DNA of 24,000 nucleotides from Enterovibrio nigricans DSM 22720 (GTDB lineage Bacteria; Pseudomonadota; Gammaproteobacteria; Enterobacterales; Vibrionaceae): NCBI RefSeq assembly GCF_900167155.1, contig NZ_FUXU01000018.1, positions 35,880 to 59,879 of the forward strand, read 5' to 3'. Shown piece by piece: positions 22,427 to 24,000 of this stretch (position 1 is its first letter; each line of letters starts with the position of its first letter). The notes under the pieces were generated by a model. It saw only the letters and a program-made list of their open reading frames with translations, ran no database searches and was not told where the DNA came from. The position numbers and the translations under genes were made by a program.

Positions 22427-24000
22427 ATGAAAAAGTTTGAAGCGGTCGACATTAAAGATATTGTTGTTTCTGGTCTTGATATAAAAATCAAACAGCCAGA
22501 TGGTATGTTTGTAACTATTGAAAATGGTATTTCAGATTTACTTAAAAATAACATCGAAATTGTGGGTTCTGATGGTGTTAGTTTCACTAAAAACCAAATA
22601 ATAAGTAAAGTTAATCTTGAAGGATCTTCGGCCGTATTGGTTCCTGATTTGTTGGCTAGCAGTGAAACGGGCCTATCAGGTAAGGTTGAAAAAGTAAATA
22701 CTGCTCCTGAACCTACTACAGAAAATGAACTGAAAAAATTGGAGAGTCAGTTAGCTGAACTTAAAAAGCTACGTGAAGAGATCGAACGGCTTAAAAAAGA
22801 GCAAGAGCAAGAGCAAGAGCAAGAGCAAGAAAATACTTCTTCTTATGAAGCTGTTGTCAATGAAGATGTAAGCTTAATTAATGAATTAGTTAATCAACTA
22901 TCTGAAACCATAGCTGCAGCACTGTCAGGTACTGGCGAAGGCAACGCACAAGAGCAACTTATCGCCGAAAACAATGCTAATACCAGTAAAAATAAAACTA
23001 ATAACGTTGCCACTTCAACTGATTCAGGAAGCGGTTCGTCTAATCAAACCCCGCAAGAACAAAATACTAATAACGAAAGAAACAATGACTTATTTCTAAA
23101 AGTTGATCTGGCAACTAGTTCTGATAGTGGGAAAAAGAATGATTTTATTACCAATGTAAATACACCTACTTTTATTGGTTCTTCGATCACCGGCGCTACT
23201 ATTACCGCAACTATTGCTGGTGTTACTAATTCAGTAGTTGTTGATGCTCAAGGGTCATTTACACTAACACTTCCCTACTCATTGGCTGATGGGAATTATA
23301 ACGTTTCGTTTGTAGCTACAGATATTTTAGGTGCGAAAGAAACTATCAATAAATTACTTGTAATAGATACAGTTGCACCTTCGGTTGAGTTCTCACTAAA
23401 AACAGATTCTGGGTTGTCTGAAAATGACAATATAACGAACATAAAAACCCCGACAATTATTGGTAAGGTGTCTGGAGACCCTGTTAGTATAACGTTAACT
23501 ATTAATTCTGTTGACTATGCTATTCCAGCAGAAAATGGAAATTTCTCATTTACTGTTCCTGAAGAATTAAGCGATGGTGTATATGACGTTAAAGTTATAG
23601 CTGAAGATGAAGCTGGAAATAAAACGGAAATCATCAAACCAATAACTATTGATACTATAAACAATTTCTCAGTTGATCTTTCTCAATCGAGTGATACTGG
23701 CATTACTGGTGATTGGGTAACGAATAATACTAAACCTATTTTACGTATTGAGCACGAAAAAGACTCCTCTTTGCGTTTTTTCATAAATGGAGTTCAACTT
23801 GATATTCAACTTGGAAGTGAATCACCTTCATATTATGAATTACCTAATGTTTTAACAGATGGAACCTATAATTTAGAGTTCATTTCTACTGATCTGGCTG
23901 GAAATAAAGTTACTATAAATGAAACACTCATTATTGATACAGTTCCACCTAACTTTAGCCTAGACGGGATTTCCGATAAATCAAATAGCGGCGACAAATC
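22427..24000 (+). CDS. Giant repetitive Ig-like-domain adhesin, probable type I secretion substrate (only the N-terminal 524 aa; the ORF is open at the window end)
   Basis: I translated this by hand and it is not in the supplied ORF track. The ATG at 22427 has AAGG 6 nt upstream, and there is no stop through 24000. The order is a beta-rich N-domain (MKKFEAVDIKDIVVSGLDIKIKQPDGMFVTIENG), then a coiled coil with (EQ)5, then an Asn/Ser/Thr-rich linker. At least 3 tandem Ig-like repeats of about 94-97 aa follow (DSG..ND.ITN..TPT.IG ... L.DG.Y.V.....D.AGNK......IDT..P). Confidence 0.85.
   Translation, partial: MKKFEAVDIKDIVVSGLDIKIKQPDGMFVTIENGISDLLKNNIEIVGSDGVSFTKNQIISKVNLEGSSAVLVPDLLASSETGLSGKVEKVNTAPEPTTENELKKLESQLAELKKLREEIERLKKEQEQEQEQEQENTSSYEAVVNEDVSLINELVNQLSETIAAALSGTGEGNAQEQLIAENNANTSKNKTNNVATSTDSGSGSSNQTPQEQNTNNERNNDLFLKVDLATSSDSGKKNDFITNVNTPTFIGSSITGATITATIAGVTNSVVVDAQGSFTLTLPYSLADGNYNVSFVATDILGAKETINKLLVIDTVAPSVEFSLKTDSGLSENDNITNIKTPTIIGKVSGDPVSITLTINSVDYAIPAENGNFSFTVPEELSDGVYDVKVIAEDEAGNKTEIIKPITIDTINNFSVDLSQSSDTGITGDWVTNNTKPILRIEHEKDSSLRFFINGVQLDIQLGSESPSYYELPNVLTDGTYNLEFISTDLAGNKVTINETLIIDTVPPNFSLDGISDKSNSGDK
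22799..22828 (+). repeat. In-frame hexanucleotide repeat (GAGCAA)x5 encoding (EQ)5
   Basis: Read directly. It lies at the C-terminal end of the predicted coiled coil of the adhesin. Confidence 0.9.
23087..24000 (+). repeat. Tandem, diverged coding repeats of about 282-291 bp (bacterial Ig-like adhesin domains)
   Basis: The D-S/T-G anchor codons recur at 23123, 23405 and 23693, giving periods of 282 and 288 nt. Each unit ends in (L/I)xIDT(V/I)xP. A fourth unit begins at about 23952 and runs off the window. Confidence 0.75.

Noticed and set aside
22913-22921. An Ala-Ala-Ala stretch (…SETIAAALSGTG…) in the adhesin N-terminal region could be a LapG-type periplasmic protease cleavage site.
   Set aside because: It does not match the canonical (T/P)-A-A-G context. 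No LapG/LapD-like genes are visible in the window. The MotA/B-like pair suggests a different, SiiE-like retention logic.

Overview
This looks like a Vibrionaceae-like gammaproteobacterial chromosome segment; the taxon is inferred only from gene content and order. Hand counts of a few 60-nt lines give about 45-48% GC for most of the window. Positions 1-6.7 kb hold core genes: the 3' part of tolB, pal, cpoB/ybgF, nadA, a BASS-family transporter, dbpA and a YecA/UPF0149-like gene. A first tRNA-Ser(GGA) sits at 6852-6939. Positions 7-15 kb hold a yehS-like DUF1456 gene, a secreted CE4 deacetylase with a CBM5/12 chitin-binding module, and a RhlE-like DEAD-box helicase. The same stretch also holds a reduced yhfZ-yhfY-php-yhfU-yhfT operon of unknown function. 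A second, diverged tRNA-Ser(GGA) sits at 15281-15368. It is followed by decayed fragments of two different IS3-family elements (about 15.57-16.88 kb). From about 17 kb to the window end there is a strongly AT-rich island (about 25-33% GC in sampled lines). The island encodes, in one tightly coupled operon, a small outer-membrane beta-barrel, a TolC-like outer-membrane factor and a HlyD-like membrane-fusion protein. These are followed by a 142-aa bitopic protein, a MotB/ExbD-like protein with a transmembrane Asp, and a MotA/ExbB-family protein with a long coiled-coil tail. Last comes the first 1.57 kb of a giant Ig-repeat adhesin gene, which is open at the window end and missing from the supplied ORF track. 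The main finding is this type I secretion/adhesin module with its own stator-like proton-channel pair and no ABC transporter in view. The closest known precedent is Salmonella SPI-4 (SiiA/SiiB plus SiiCDEF), but the gene order differs and there are extra components. No CRISPR array or rRNA was seen.
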